Positions 23,182 to 36,208 of a DNA stretch of 64,000 nt are shown piece by piece. A program made the position numbers and the translations under genes. The notes below the pieces were generated by a model. The model saw only the letters and a list, made by a program, of their open reading frames with translations. It did not search any database and was not told where the DNA came from. Each line of letters starts with the position of its first letter. The first letter of the stretch is position 1. The DNA is from Phoronis australis. Its lineage: Eukaryota; Animalia; Phoronida. The DNA lies in contig NMRA01000303.1 in NCBI GenBank assembly GCA_002633005.1, positions 59,064-123,063 of the forward strand, given 5' to 3'.

Positions 23182-26100
23182 GTACAGAACTGGAAAGTTG
23201 TCAGTTTTTGGTGATGCTTTGATGAGTTTTGTTTTCCGGCTAAGCCTTCAACTTGAAAAGAAGGTAATAGTATAGTTGAATAGGCCTACCCGTACATCTA
23301 GACTAGAGGCTTTACAGTGACCACCGCCTCGACTGGCCTTCGAGTTCGAAACGGTGGTCAGTTCGAGGCGCTTCAGTTCATATGCCAGAAGCTTTTCAAC
23401 AAATTATGCCTCACACTTATGAAAACATCAAAGTCGCATTGTCATATTTAGCGCATAGAGCCTGGACACCTTGGGAGGCGGTCTATGTCCTTCCTTCCAC
23501 CTCAAACAAAGTATCCCGTGTAATCAAACTTTTTCTTCGAGCAGTCCTTTGGTCAGTTCCCAAATTGCCAACTGGCCATTTTTATCTTTGCAGGTGCTCC
23601 TATTTTTACCGCACCCTCCAGAAGTACGTGAAGTGTATAAAAATGGCCAGTTGCTGATTTGGGCAACTGAACGAAGGACTGCTCCAATGTCACATGACTT
23701 AGCTAAAAGCCCATGCAGTACCAACTTAGAAAACTGTGGTTTGGGTTCATGTTTTGAGATGGAACAAACTCTAAGTAGTTTTTGGTGAGTTCTGGTACCA
23801 TGTACCATGTTCCTGATATCATGTTACTCCCTAAACCGATTGTACTTCAGCAATTATTGCAATAGTCCTTCCAATTTTGAATTTTTTGAGATTTTAGCTT
23901 GAGGTCTGAGTGGGAGTTCAAGGTGAACACTTCCTTGAATCAGCGCTTGTAATTGGGTATGCTTTGTATTTTGTAATTGGGCAATGCTTTGTATTTTCAG
24001 ATTGGCATGACGACTGATGACATTGACAGCTTAGTTCATGACCTCACAATATCTCATGGTGCTTATCCATCTCCACTGTTATATAAAGGCTTTCCTAAGT
24101 CATGCTGCACATCTGTGAATAACGTAGCCTGTCATGGAATCCCTGATGACCGACCTTTGGCTGATGGCGATATTATCAATGTTGACATAACTGTAAGTAA
24201 GAATATCTATATTTTAGCAACCAACCGTGTTATGTTAAGTATACATTTTAAAATACATAGTTTAACACCAAAATAACTGCTTTTCAACACAAAGATGTGA
24301 ACCCCTTGCACAAGCCAGTTATTGTTCCCACAGTCTGGTTAATTAAGGAAACCCAGCAATTAATCATGTTATTCCACTTCAGCCAAGTCATTTCTGAATA
24401 CAGGCTTATGCGGTTATGTAATCTATTATGGAAACAAATCAGTGAGACAGGCACCTTCTGCTCAGTCAAGCAAAGCCAGGAACTATCATGGAATGTGAGA
24501 GTTATTGCGATGAGTCTTCCAGTGACTAGGAATTTTGAAGGATTTTTAATTGAATGTGATGTAGCATCAGACACAGAAGCTATTGTCAATGAAACAAGCT
24601 TTTCTAATAGTCAAGACATGTATATACATCTTAACAACAACACTTCAATATTGGTTCTGTAGTCAAATGCATTGTAATGTTAGCTGCGGCCTTGTTAAAG
24701 GTATTCATCAGTGGTTTCCACGGAGACGTATCAGAAACATTCCTAGTAGGGAACGTGGACCAAAAAGGGCGTGACCTGGTGAACTTTACGAGAGAATGCC
24801 TCGACGCAGCGGTATTGTTGTGTGGACCCGGTGAACAGTTCAGCTCAATTGGGAGCATTATACAGTAAGTGTTGGAGGCAGTCTCACAAAGTCATGATGT
24901 CTGAGGTGACACATTTGTAATTGTAGATTTTGGGAAATTTGTTGACATGTAGCTCCTATTGACTAGATTACTGGTGTTGTAATATAAATGAAAATAACCA
25001 CTCTTTCAGTTATCGTGTTCAATATTCACATCTCTTTACGAATTTACAAACATTTTGATAAGTTACACAAAACAGGGGACAAAGGCAAAATCAGATCTTT
25101 CAAAGTTTTGAGAAGTGGGTTAATAATGAGCCCGGCCCACGTGTTTTTACAGTTATGGCGCATTCCAGAACAAAAAAATCACCATGACTACATGGGCACC
25201 TGGCTCACAAAAGGTCAATTACTACACACTCTAGTGACTTTAGCAGGAGGAAATAAATTATTGTAATCGAATATTAACATGCGAAGTAAATACTTGTCTG
25301 AGTACAAACATTTTTAAGTATGGTCTGCATGCCCCCTCTTGGCTACATTATGTGACCTAATGATCATAAGTCTGAAAAGATTTCTGCCCTGATTGAGACT
25401 TGAACCCAGGACCTTCTGCTAGCAGTGCAAACACTTTTGTCCACTGAGCCATCGGAACCACTGGTCACACAAAGAAATTCAATCTAACTTGGCAGTGGGC
25501 ATCCCACCCATAAATGAGTGTATGTGGCCAACAGATGGCGTGCAGAACAAACTTAAAAATGTTTGTGATTTATATTTCCACGCCAGTTCAAGATACTTGT
25601 CTGAATAGATGAACATGTGAATTCTGAAGCATGTGGTCTAGTAACAGTGTACATTGTTTCACAAGTTTAGTCTGGAAGAGGAACAATAAATGTATGTACC
25701 GTGCTTGGCATGGGCTTGACTCATCGCATAAAAAGATATAATTGATTAAATATTTGTCTGATTAGATGAACATTCCAAAGCTTCCCTTTCTCTGGTTTTT
25801 TCATCCTCATTTGCATAATTTATGTATCTGGTTCAACAAATCTCAGTTGCCAGAGTGTTCTTGCTCAAGGCTGACTTCTTTTGTAGTCACATGGCAGTCA
25901 CCAATGGTTATGATGTCATTCCCCAATTCTGTGGTCATGGTATAGGCACTTACTTCCATGGTAAACCTGACGTCTATCACTTTGGTGAGTTGCACATTCC
26001 AATGTCAGTGTTTAGTTTCAAATGTTAATGCTACCTGTTAATCTTGAACCATTTTATCCATGGATGAAAGAATGAACTAAGAAATTAGAGTAACAAATCG

Positions 26101-28781
26101 ACTGATTGACGCAGTGTTGTTTAATGGTTTCAGAAACATGCCACACATTTGAAGGGACCTTTCAGTGGATCGCATTGATATAAAAATTAGTTGAGCATGA
26201 GTTTGCCCGTCAAAAGATACTGTTCCGATTTAGACCAGTTTATGCAATGAAATTAGTCTCGACTTGTCCCTTACTCAGATTAGAACTAATTTCTGGGATT
26301 TGGGAGAACTGATAGTTTAGTTGTACTTGAAACAATACTAGGATGCATGAATTGGTTGCTGTGACAAGCCAAGACTAAAGCGAACCTGAGCTCGAGCAAT
26401 GACAACATGTCAGTACATCCCAAGTCCAGGAATCATATCTATACCAAGTAAGGAACAAGTTAAGACGAGATTTATGGCTATAAGCGTCCTATTAAATCAA
26501 AAGTTATTTTTTATGGAAGGTGGATTTTTAGCTGTTCAAAGTCGAATTTCTCACTGATTTTACTACTGTAGCGACTCCTATTGGCTAGTTTAGTTTTCAA
26601 CAAGATTTTTGTCCAATAAGGGCAGATTTTGATGAATTTTGACTCGAGGGTATTTGTAGAAATCACTTCATTGTAGCACTATTTCAAGCAGGCAGAACCT
26701 CGTAGATGTGAGTAAACAGGTATCTATCCAAAATCAACAGCCAGCTCACTGAGCAGACGATTTCCTGCATGATACTTTCTGGATTCTGAATGGTCAATTC
26801 TCATTGATATTGATTGTGGGAGGGGTTTAAAACATACTACAGACATTGGAATCAGCTGTCAGTATTGAAACTTATATGAATGCATTTCGATTAGTTATTG
26901 TAGTTTAGTAATAACAAGACAGTGTTTTCTAGTAGTAGAAAATTTTCCTTCTAAACTTGACACCGAGAGTTCGAATCCCTCTGAACTTCACCTCTGAACG
27001 ACTGAACCAGTTGGATGCCCATTATTCAGTGGAAAAAACTGGTTCTCAAAATTGAGGCACGTTATTTCAGATCATTACCGTCTTAGGTCACTTTCATGAA
27101 GCATAACTCAGGACTTGTCTTGGACATTACTAACAGTTGATTACTGCTTAAGATGAGGCTCCGCAAGTTACCTTGCCATGCTGGTTAATTTTATGTGCCC
27201 TGCATGGTTTCAAGCTATGACAAACTGAGTTCTCTTCCAGCTCAGAAACCATTTCTCACCTAAGTCAGTAACGAGCTGGATCTAATTTTATAGTAGGGAG
27301 TGATCTAAATGAAAATTCTTTGACTGCAAATGGAGTGATGGTATACCATGTTGTAAGATGTAAGTGAGTGTGGTTCTACACTTTAAAAAGTAAATAAAGA
27401 AAATCATAATAATAATCACAGTTCTAGTATAGTAATGGTTTACCAATTATCACTGTTATTGTGTTTTTCATTATTTTACAGCTAACGAAGAACCAGGAGT
27501 GATGTCAGAGGGAATGACGTTCACCATCGGTAAATTAATTATACTTCTTTTATATTCCTTATAAAGAGGTCTAGAATGGGATAAACAGATTAAATTGCAT
27601 TATTGAAAGTGGTTCTCTGTCACTGCAACAGAATTCCACCTGCTCACCTGGTATTTTAGGGTTTGTTTGTAAAGATTGTTAATGTCTGTTGACACCACAG
27701 CATTTTCTTTTAGTTTCAAATTTCAAAAAAATTATATGTCAGCTCCTTATTTGTTATGGCAAGACATAGACATAGCACATTTCCCTTGTGGAAAATGTAA
27801 CTTTTGACCTCAAACAACTGATTATGAGAGCATGCGCACAATCATCGTAATTGGGAGGGAAATTAGAAACTCTGTGGTAACCAGGTGTATTTCAAAAAAT
27901 CATGAATTTTCTGATTTTTCCCAAAAATTTCCTCACAGCAGAAAGTGAATTACTCTGTACTAGACGTTGCGAGATGGTACTTTTGTTAGCAACCGTTTAA
28001 AAGATATTTTTGACGAGCTTTTGCATTCCATGCCTCTTTAAGTTCATGATATTCACCTTTTGTATTGTGACCAGACTCCTAAGATTGTCATGTCATTTTG
28101 GTGAAAAGTCATTACTGTCATAGAGGTGTGCTGTTTATCCAGTTTCCTGTTGTCATGTTAATCATTCCATGAAAGTGATATTTTTGGAGTATGTTTTGTG
28201 TTGCTTATCGTATTCCCTGAATGTGTTCACGAACTGTTCTGTGCACCTTTCTGAACAGTTCTGAGCCGTGTCTGGAAGTCGTGAGCCCTGTTTGAAGAAG
28301 AGTCTGGGCTTCTTTCACTTCATAAGATAAAATGAATACAAAGTTAAACATATAAACATGACATTCTGCATGCCGCAGACTTAAGGCACTTGCAAAACAC
28401 TCCTGGCAAGAAATGCTCGCTTATGAAACAGGGACAGTGGCGCCCCCTAGTAGCAATTTGCTTTTTTCGCATCTGCTGGATTTTTGTGAAATTTGGCAAG
28501 TGTTTTTCTATGAATGTGACAACAGATGACATTTGGACGAATCTGACTGCCACAAAATAGAATTTCACTTGTCGGCCATACTGTGTGCTAAACAAGGGAA
28601 GAATTATGATATTATTCTGATTTTATTTGCAATCGTAGAGCCAATCATCACAGAAGGTGACCCATCATTCAAGATCCTGTCAGATAAGTGGACTGTAGTT
28701 TCCAAGGATGACAGTCGCTCAGCTCAGTTTGAGCACACGGTACTTATTACTAACTCTGGAGTCGATGTCCTCACAGACTGA
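22834..28781 (+). CDS. METAP1D: Methionine aminopeptidase 1D, mitochondrial (6 coding exons, 330 aa)
   Basis: Exons 22834-23181, 24001-24192, 24701-24864, 25887-25984, 27482-27529, 28639-28781 join in frame via GT-AG introns (993 nt). Motifs: [52 protein letters not shown]. Basic N-terminus, no zinc finger. Confidence 0.95.
24001..24192 (+). CDS. METAP1D: METAP1D exon 2
   Basis: TTTTCAG|IGMTTDDID...GDIINVDIT|GTAAGT. Confidence 0.96.
24701..24864 (+). CDS. METAP1D: METAP1D exon 3
   Basis: AAAG|[17 protein letters not shown]...IGSII|GTAAGT. Confidence 0.95.
25304..25566. mobile_element. Inverted-repeat element enclosing a tRNA-derived segment (25384-25459, - strand)
   Basis: ~44-bp IR (ACAAACATTTTTAAGT..CTGCA.GCC..CT.TTGGC.ACAT); on the minus strand, an A box TGGCTCAGTGG and a B box GGTTCAAGTC. 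Confidence 0.6.
25887..25984 (+). CDS. METAP1D: METAP1D exon 4
   Basis: TTGTAG|..[19 protein letters not shown]|GTGAGT. Confidence 0.95.
27482..27529 (+). CDS. METAP1D: METAP1D exon 5 (48 nt, missed by the ORF track)
   Basis: TTTTACAG|[16 protein letters not shown]|GTAAAT; phases match both neighbours. Confidence 0.93.
27561..28041. mobile_element. Degenerate TTAA-type MITE in METAP1D intron 5
   Basis: TAAAGAGGTCTAGAATG versus CATTCCATGCCTCTTTAA. Confidence 0.4.
28639..28781 (+). CDS. METAP1D: METAP1D exon 6
   Basis: CGTAG|EPIITEG...[20 protein letters not shown]. Confidence 0.95.
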
Positions 28782-29399
28782 AGAGTTAGGTCAGAGTTTG
28801 GTTGTTGCAAGTCCCAACAGGATTACTGCGATTGGTTTTTGGGAATGGTTATGTTATCAAGGGCATGTGCTGTAAACCAGAAGAGGGTTGTCCATGGCTA
28901 AGCGTGTTTTCGAAAAACATTTTGTCTGTGTCATGTGAATCACCTGAAAAAATTTCCTGTGGGTTCTGACTGAAAGCAGCAGTGAATGTGTAGTAATAAT
29001 GAGTTCTCTGCAGCTTACATTTGATTGTATGGGGCCCTCCTGCTATTATCTTAATTTGTTTGTGCAAGTTGTTATTGGTTACATTGTATTTTTGTTTGCA
29101 ATTAAGGTTCACTGCAGTATTCTCGCAAGAATGTGATTTGGCTTCGTGTAACGCATTTAAGTTATAGAAGACGACTGGAGTATATGTTCAGTCACCTTGG
29201 ACACATTTTTAGTAAGGTGTATACATAACAAAAACCAAAGAAACGAAACTCAATTTTTCAGTGATGAAAGCATTTTTATATAATTCTAACGATTTCAAAA
29301 TTATTATTGATGAACCCAATTGAACTGCACCAAAAATTTAGGAAGGTTGATCCACTGTTTCGCAGTTGTTGGAAGAATAGGGTGGACTCTGTATTTTCG

Positions 29400-29758
29400 G
29401 TTTTAAGTACCCACTGCTTGAGTAATCGCCCATCCCCTACTTTGTGCAAATTTCCCCCTAAGCGCACACCTCTTGGGTAATCGCCCATCCCCAACTTACC
29501 ACTTACAGAACTTGAGCTTGAATTTGGTGCTTTTGTTCATAGCTTCGCCTTGGATTCACACGTCCGTGTTTGCGGCGTGCTTACACCTGCGTAAGTTGTC
29601 TCGAAAAGTGCGTTTTCTACCGGCGTTTGTTTAATAACTCAAGCGCTACAAATACCTTTTTTTAAACTAATCAACTGAACTTTTGTTAAATTAAATTAAT
29701 TTAATTTAATTTTATAGAGGTGGTGCTAATCTGCTACGAAATTAATCATAGTTCAGAG

Positions 29759-29790
<32 letters not shown>

Positions 29791-30974
29791 ATATGTTGAC
29801 GCCCCCTTGTGATGAAATGGCGTAATTTTTTTGCGACAAGCGCATAAACTGATATTCATACTTTGATGTAGGTATCCCTGTTATGAAATAGAAATCAAAC
29901 CAGTTATGCTCTATTACGGCATACGGACTATGTACTCATTGGAACTTTTACAGTGGGGCTTTGGAAAGTACCCGATAGAAGCCTACTGACGACGTCCTGG
30001 TCATCACCAACGTAGGTTTGTCTATGTGACAAGTTTTCGAATTACCTCATCTGAATTTATTTTTTTATCAGGCACCATTTCCGATGCTTATTCGAGTTCA
30101 GTAGACCAACAAGTTTTTAGCGAGAACATGAGTAAAACTTCGAGACATCGCCATGTATTTTCAGACGGAGCACGTGATTTTGCTAGTTTTCCAGGATTGA
30201 CTTAGATTTGAATTGACCAATTAATCAAACCCCCATCTCATTGTAATTGCAACCGTACAGCATGTGAGATTTATCTCCTGGGTCAACCCAGATTTGAATT
30301 GAGCAATTATTCTCATCCCCCTCTCATCGTATAATTTGCAAACGGTTTGTGTCGGCCGAGAACGAATTGTCCGTGTTTTTAAACCAGCGCCAGATAAACT
30401 AAACAGTGAATCGAAAGTTTATTGGGTTTAATACGCAGACGACATTAACAACAACGAGACGGCACTATAAGAGTTCTAATCAAACACAGTCATACGAACA
30501 ACACTAACTATACAATGGCGCAGGTAATGAAATTTAGTCCCGTTCATTGATCTGGAATAGTACTTACTGATATGGTAAGTGGACTGCCATTCGAGCTTCG
30601 TAAAGCTCTGTGGTATGACATTTTGCAGCGTTCTAATATATTTGAAAACATCTGAGTTTATAACAAGGTTCTCTTGAAATCACCCTTTCAAAGTCGAAAT
30701 CCTGTTTCTGTTTGAGCCGTGTGAAACTTTGTGGTTGTCGGGCTCTGCTGATAAACCGAATTCACAAACTCCCTGCTCGAATGAACACCCCGTGCGCTTG
30801 CCCAGGTCGTTTGAAACTTGGACGTAAGGGCCCACCTCTTGGGTAATCACTCATTCCCGACTTTTGCCCAATTGTTCATTTTAAGTGCCCACTGCTTGGG
30901 TAATCGCCCACCCAATGGCCAAAGGTTTTTTCCGAGTTAAGCGCCCAGGGCGTCGTTAACCCACGAGTATACGG
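29400..30974. mobile_element. Tc1/pogo-like non-autonomous element (old; left terminus not resolved)
   Basis: Subterminal GGGTAATCGCCCA(T)CCC repeats at both ends; right end GTTAACCCACGAGTATACGG|TA is related to the 36847 and 51963 elements. Confidence 0.55.
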
Positions 30975-31004
30975 TACAAACACTTGATCTCTAGTAAGCC
31001 GGCC

Positions 31005-33448
31005 GCACCAACCAGTCTCTCAGAGGTTGCCCCAATTATTCCTCTTTCGTTTAAAAACAGGCCGCAGGGTCAGTTTTCAGCCAAGTATACTGTTCATATG
31101 TGGCAACAGCATCCTCTTCATGTACAACTCTAAGTCATTTTGCTCCCTGCAAGTGATACTCCCCAAAAGCTGTTTATAGAAACTTGGTGGAAATGAGTTT
31201 TTTGCCAACTGAGTATACTAAGTGTTCTTCCAATTGAAAGTTATTTGCAGTCAATCTTCGTTTTCTGTAGGTTGACCAATTCATATTATCACTCCGTCTC
31301 CTAGTGACTTCTTCAACATTACTGTATTTGTTCACAGGTCACAGTCATGTTCTGAAACAAAACATAAAGTTGTAAAGGACACAGTGAAAAATGTCCCTGT
31401 AAATAATTACCAGGTCTGTTCTGGAAGATGTCCACATTCTAAACAACCACCCCTAAATCAAAAAATCCCTTTCAAACGCCTATTCGGTTGCTTTCAGCTT
31501 AGCACCCACCCAGCCTAAACAGATTCTCAATTAAAATGAACTGGCCTTTAAACAGTATATATAAATATGAACGTCATTGAAAAAACTTGTCATTTCATTT
31601 TTGTTTTCACTGACAATGTCCCTCTGGACAACTACAAAATTTAAAAATGCTGTTAATGTCTTCCGTTACCTCTAGGATGTAAGTGGGCTGAATGTCCATT
31701 TCAAGACAAAGAGACTTTTTGAGAATGTCGTCAAAGGTTTTTACAGCCATGCTTGTAGTGACAACAGTTTCTGTGCTAAGCGAGAACTCAACTCCTTTGT
31801 TTGAACCTGACAACCTGCTGAGAATCCACTGCCGATCTTCTTCACTGACCTCACGCTGAAGTGAGTTGTACTCAGAGTCAAGATGAGGGTTCATGACTGA
31901 CACTTTGGCTGTCTCTTTTTTGTCACTTGTCTTTTTGATCTGTGGAATATAAGATATAAGAATAATTTTCAGCTACCTTGTAGAAAATTGTCTGAAATGC
32001 AAAACCAGTGTTTTGACATGATGAACGAGAACAAGTAACGAAATGCTCAAAATTTGCTTGCCCCTTTTTGCACAACAAAATAAAAGAATGATATTCACAC
32101 GTTAAATCCCCATCAGATTTACTCCGAAAACCACACAGTGAGTTCTACTACACGACATTTTCCCTGCGCTCACAGGTTAACTCACACACTGCGCTCACAG
32201 GTTGACTCACGCACTGGCGATCACCTGTCCACGTTGTGTTTACATGCTATTTCACAATGATGATGTCAATAGACCAGTCTACTGTGATTTGTCGAGAGAA
32301 CAAAAGGGGTTTCCTATGGAGGCACATGATATGGGGTGCATAGTCATTAATTAGTGCTGGAGTGGAATAAAACAAAACAAAGATGTGTTAGACAAAAGTA
32401 CATTTGTTTAACATGTCTTAATGGCAGTTGGATCATTTTATGGGGTCTTTAATACAACAAAATAAAATAAAAACCAAAATGAAACTACTTTATGTAGGTA
32501 GATCTAGAATGTCTTGCAAGGCTCAAATTTTCAATGAAGAAACCTTCAAAATAACCCTCAAACCCCCAAAACTGTGTTGGCACAATTTCTTGGGTTGGAC
32601 CCCTTCACCCCACCTCCTCTAAAATCCACCATGTCTTATATTTCAAAACGCTTTACCTCCATAGTGGTTGCAATTTGAATTCTAACATTACCAGATTTTT
32701 TAAACAAAATTCGACAACATGCCAAAAGCCTGATGAGAACAGAAAAATGTCAACTGGAAATATCATAGTGGTAATGGCTCCACAAAAATTTCCCATTTCG
32801 CACGCCCCCATGTCAATGGGCGGTAATGAAACTGCAATAGACTACAGTACCACTAAGCATACTTGATCATGTTTACATACCTTCCACTGGTAGGGTATTC
32901 CATTCAGCTCACGTTTTTGTGGCACCATAACAGTAAGGCAGCTATGTGGTGGCACTTGAATTTTCCCCTCTGGCAGGTGCACACAATCGTGTTAATGCTT
33001 CGGTCATCTTCCAGTGTCACCTAAAAGTGATACACAGTGATTAAAAACTTAAAATCGATACCAGCAAAGTTCTATTAAAACCTTCTCCTTGTCCCCCAAC
33101 TCACATCCACGAGCCGAGAGAAAGGAGGTCAACTATCAGAGCTAGGCCTATTGCAACATAAAATGTGAGTTGATTTTGTGCTGCTTGGAGCACGTCAAAG
33201 GTTAATTTTACAGATACTGGTAGGTTAACTTGAATACAGTAATATTATAATAGTTTTATATGATTTACCTTGACTTCGTATGACTTGTTTTTCATCGAAG
33301 CTTGAACACTGCCGAACACCAGGCCGGTGTCTGGAGTCAGCGACAAAACGTCACCTATCATTACAATGTTTTCACCCTTTTGAACCAGCTTTGGTTTGTC
33401 AGAAAAAAGTCTAACGATCTCGAACAGTTCTGTGAATGCCATTGACAT
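31005..33448 (-). pseudogene. Intron-containing SWIM zinc finger + YqaJ (lambda exonuclease-like) pseudogene, probably a transposon accessory gene
   Basis: Exons ~33448-33269 (KGEN..GSVQASMKNKSYEVK), 33020-32881 (CTCQRGKFKCHHIAALL), from 31939, and 31351-31005 (WSTYRKRRLTANNF, HEEDAVATY, GLFL..GIIGATSERLV); GT-AG boundaries; stops and frameshifts. Confidence 0.82.
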
Positions 33449-33514
33449 CTCATTCAAGTAAACTTTGATAATACATAAACATAAAACAGCACTAGGACTA
33501 AAAAATACGAAGCA

Positions 33515-33751
33515 TTGTGAATAGCAGGTGTGTGTATTGTGGTCTCTAAGCAGTTGTTTGAATACAAGATGGCGTTGTGAATAGCAGGTGTGTGTATTGT
33601 GGTCTCTAAGCAGTTGTTTGAATACAAGATGGCGTTGTGAATAGCAGGTGTGTGTATTGTGGTCTCTAAGCAGTTGTTTGAATACAAGATGGCATTGTGA
33701 ATAGCAGGTGTGTGTATTGTGGTCTCTAAGCAGTTGTTTGAATACAAGATG
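33515..33751. repeat. 60-bp tandem repeat, ~4 copies
   Basis: TTGTGAATAGCAGGTGTGTGTATTGTGGTCTCTAAGCAGTTGTTTGAATACAAGATGGCG repeated. Confidence 0.97.
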
Positions 33752-34069
33752 GGGTTGCGGGGACAATAAACTAAATTTTATTTCTCTGAAAGGACTCCTT
33801 TTGAGGCATGAGAGAACTACAGATTTGCAGTAGGTTATTTGTGACTACACAAATATCAAGATGGCAAGGCATCAAGAATATATCAACTAAGCAAAAATCG
33901 TGGATCAAAATAATAGTTAAGAAAATAAAGGTAAGTAGGTAAGGATTAATATAAAATGGCTTCAACCTTGTTTACTGTTCTAACTAGCAAATAAATACAT
34001 GAGCTACATAACTGTGCACTGATCATGCAAGAAATTAGCAAGAGTGGAAAAACTAATATTCAATGCAAA

Positions 34070-35850
34070 TACTTAAACATTTAACAACATCAAAAACCGG
34101 AGTTGATTACCTTGCAAAACTGCTAGGTTTGACATTCTGCTACAATTGAATTGAAAATGTTCCTCCATTTTGTATAAATTTGTCCAGCTTCGATTGAATA
34201 AACCAATGTATTTATACCTGTCCCTTTCAAAAACACTGCATCTAAACAGATAATGAAATTCAGCACCAATCTCGTGAGAAATACGTAAGGTACACAAGCT
34301 TTCCTTTCGAGGAATGTTCTCATAGCATCCAGCTGTGATTGATAGCCTGTTATTGCCACTATGAAATTTGGTCAATGATTTTCTCTCATTAGTGTTAAGA
34401 ACAGAAAGGTATTTTCTTAATTTTAGCTCAATTTTAAAGACTTTGTTTGTAGTGCACACACTTTAGTTATCCACTTCTGATTACCAATTTTGTTTATAGA
34501 CACCTGAAATTCTTAAACTGATATTGAACCATTGTGAGTGTTATTATCTCTTCTGACCAAAGTTGAGGCAAACCATTTTTTTATTTTTCCTACCCAAGGA
34601 GAGGAGGTATATATATATTTGCATCAGACATATGTTTCAGAAATCTAAACATTGCACAAGAAAGTTTTGACACTTTACTGTTTTTCAACCTTAACCCAAA
34701 ATTTAATATTCTGACATCAATCAATTCTTCAATTTATATCTACCCAATTCACCAAGTACTTTACGATTTGTAGTGTTTTTATTCACTTTCGGAATGTTTT
34801 TACAGAATTTCATGTGAGAAGGTTTCTAGTGCTTCACAATTTTAATGATCCCCAACTTCTGAATTGGGTGTCACTAGCTGATCGAATAGCTCTGCTTGAA
34901 TATCAATTGGTCGGTCAAGTCTTTTAGCTTTACTAAGCAAACTCAACATTGCTCGTCTGCTTTTGATTTTTTAAATTTATTGTTATTATATTTAAACAAG
35001 CATCCAAGGTCACTAATCATCCACAATATCGAGTTTATCAGCACCAAAGGTAAAATTGAAATGTTGTCTAGTTTTACCCCGAGAAAAAATTACTACCTTA
35101 ATTTTACTTGTGTTTACAGTAAGAAACCATGTTTTATAATAGTCATCAACAGCATCCAATGCTTTTTGCAGTTCACTTGCACTCTCAGCCATCACAATTG
35201 TGTCATCTGTGTACAGCAACGAAGAAAGTTATAGAAAAACTTCAAAATCATCATTGCTAAGATGTGTTCTGAAATCTTTAGCCAAACCTTGAAGGCCCGG
35301 GTTTCTCCTTTTTATTGGTTGGTCAAAATCGTTTAAATAAATTGCAAACAATAAAGGTGAAAGATTTCCCCTTGTCTAACCCCAATGCGGCATGCAAAGT
35401 AATCATATTTAACATTGTTGTCAAGTATACACAGGATTTTGCATTTTCATACAAGTTATATAACAGTAATAAATTGTAAGATAATAATTTGGCCCACAAA
35501 GAAGCTCTTGTCTACCATATCAAAAGCTTTTTTGTACTCTATAAATGCACAAATTTTTAATTTCTTTTTTGCAGATAAAGGTCAATAATGCAATGGAGAA
35601 CAAAAACGAGGTCTAGAGTAGAATAACTTGCTCTAAAACCAGTCTGTTCTTCACCAAAAAAAAACAAGTGGATTTAGATAGTCCAATGTTCAGAACTGCA
35701 GTAAAACATTTACCGACACAACTCAGCGATTTTATTCCGCTGTAGTTGTCCGGGTTTTCCAAAGAACCCTCGTTTTGTATAACGGTTTGATCAGTCCAAC
35801 AGTCCAACTACTTGGAATAATACCCGATTCCAAAATCAAGTTATCGGAAA
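34070..35850 (-). mobile_element. 5'-truncated degenerate non-LTR retrotransposon (LINE ORF2: RT plus C-terminal Cys/His region)
   Basis: NPDNYSGIKSLSCVGKCFTAVLN; LYTDDTIV (YADD); ENIPRKESLCTL..EIGAEFHYLFRC; many frameshifts. Confidence 0.9.
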
Positions 35851-35929
35851 CAGATAACAGCTGAGGAAATTTCAAATACCAACAAATCACACAGGATGGC
35901 GCTAGTTAGAGTGGATGAGCACTAATGAA

Positions 35930-36208
35930 ACCAATATATAACAGTAGTCTATCTTGAAGAATTTTGAGGAGTTATAATGACAAAATTACAAGTTTCAGTA
36001 AGTTTCAAAAGTGCTTTGCGATACTGTTCATACTTTTCATCAGTCTGTTGAGTACCTTTATTGAACTTGTACCGTTTGAATGGAATATTGTGTCTAGGTT
36101 TGCAATAATCAGAGAATTTGGCAATGACAGTTTATTTTCGTAGAGTCATCTGCACTGTCCCACGTAAACATGTGAAAAATTTCCCAGGCTTCTTCGCCAG
36201 CTGGACCT
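35930..36208 (-). pseudogene. Gypsy gag fragment
   Basis: GEEAWEIFHMFTW...KFSDYCKPRHNIPFKRYKFNKGTQQTDEKYEQY...LTETCNF..ITP..ILQDRL, a typical Gypsy capsid motif; frameshifted. Confidence 0.75.

Noticed and set aside
25384-25459. Functional tRNA gene
   Set aside because: A and B boxes are present but the acceptor stem does not pair; it lies within a repeat
22834-28781. Bacterial map gene acquired by horizontal transfer
   Set aside because: Five spliceosomal introns and an N-terminal extension fit the ordinary nuclear METAP1D
33454-33766. Repetitive N-terminal part of ORF 33245-33766 and ORF 33454-33747
   Set aside because: Translation of the 60-bp tandem repeat; only the portion from 33448 is protein-like
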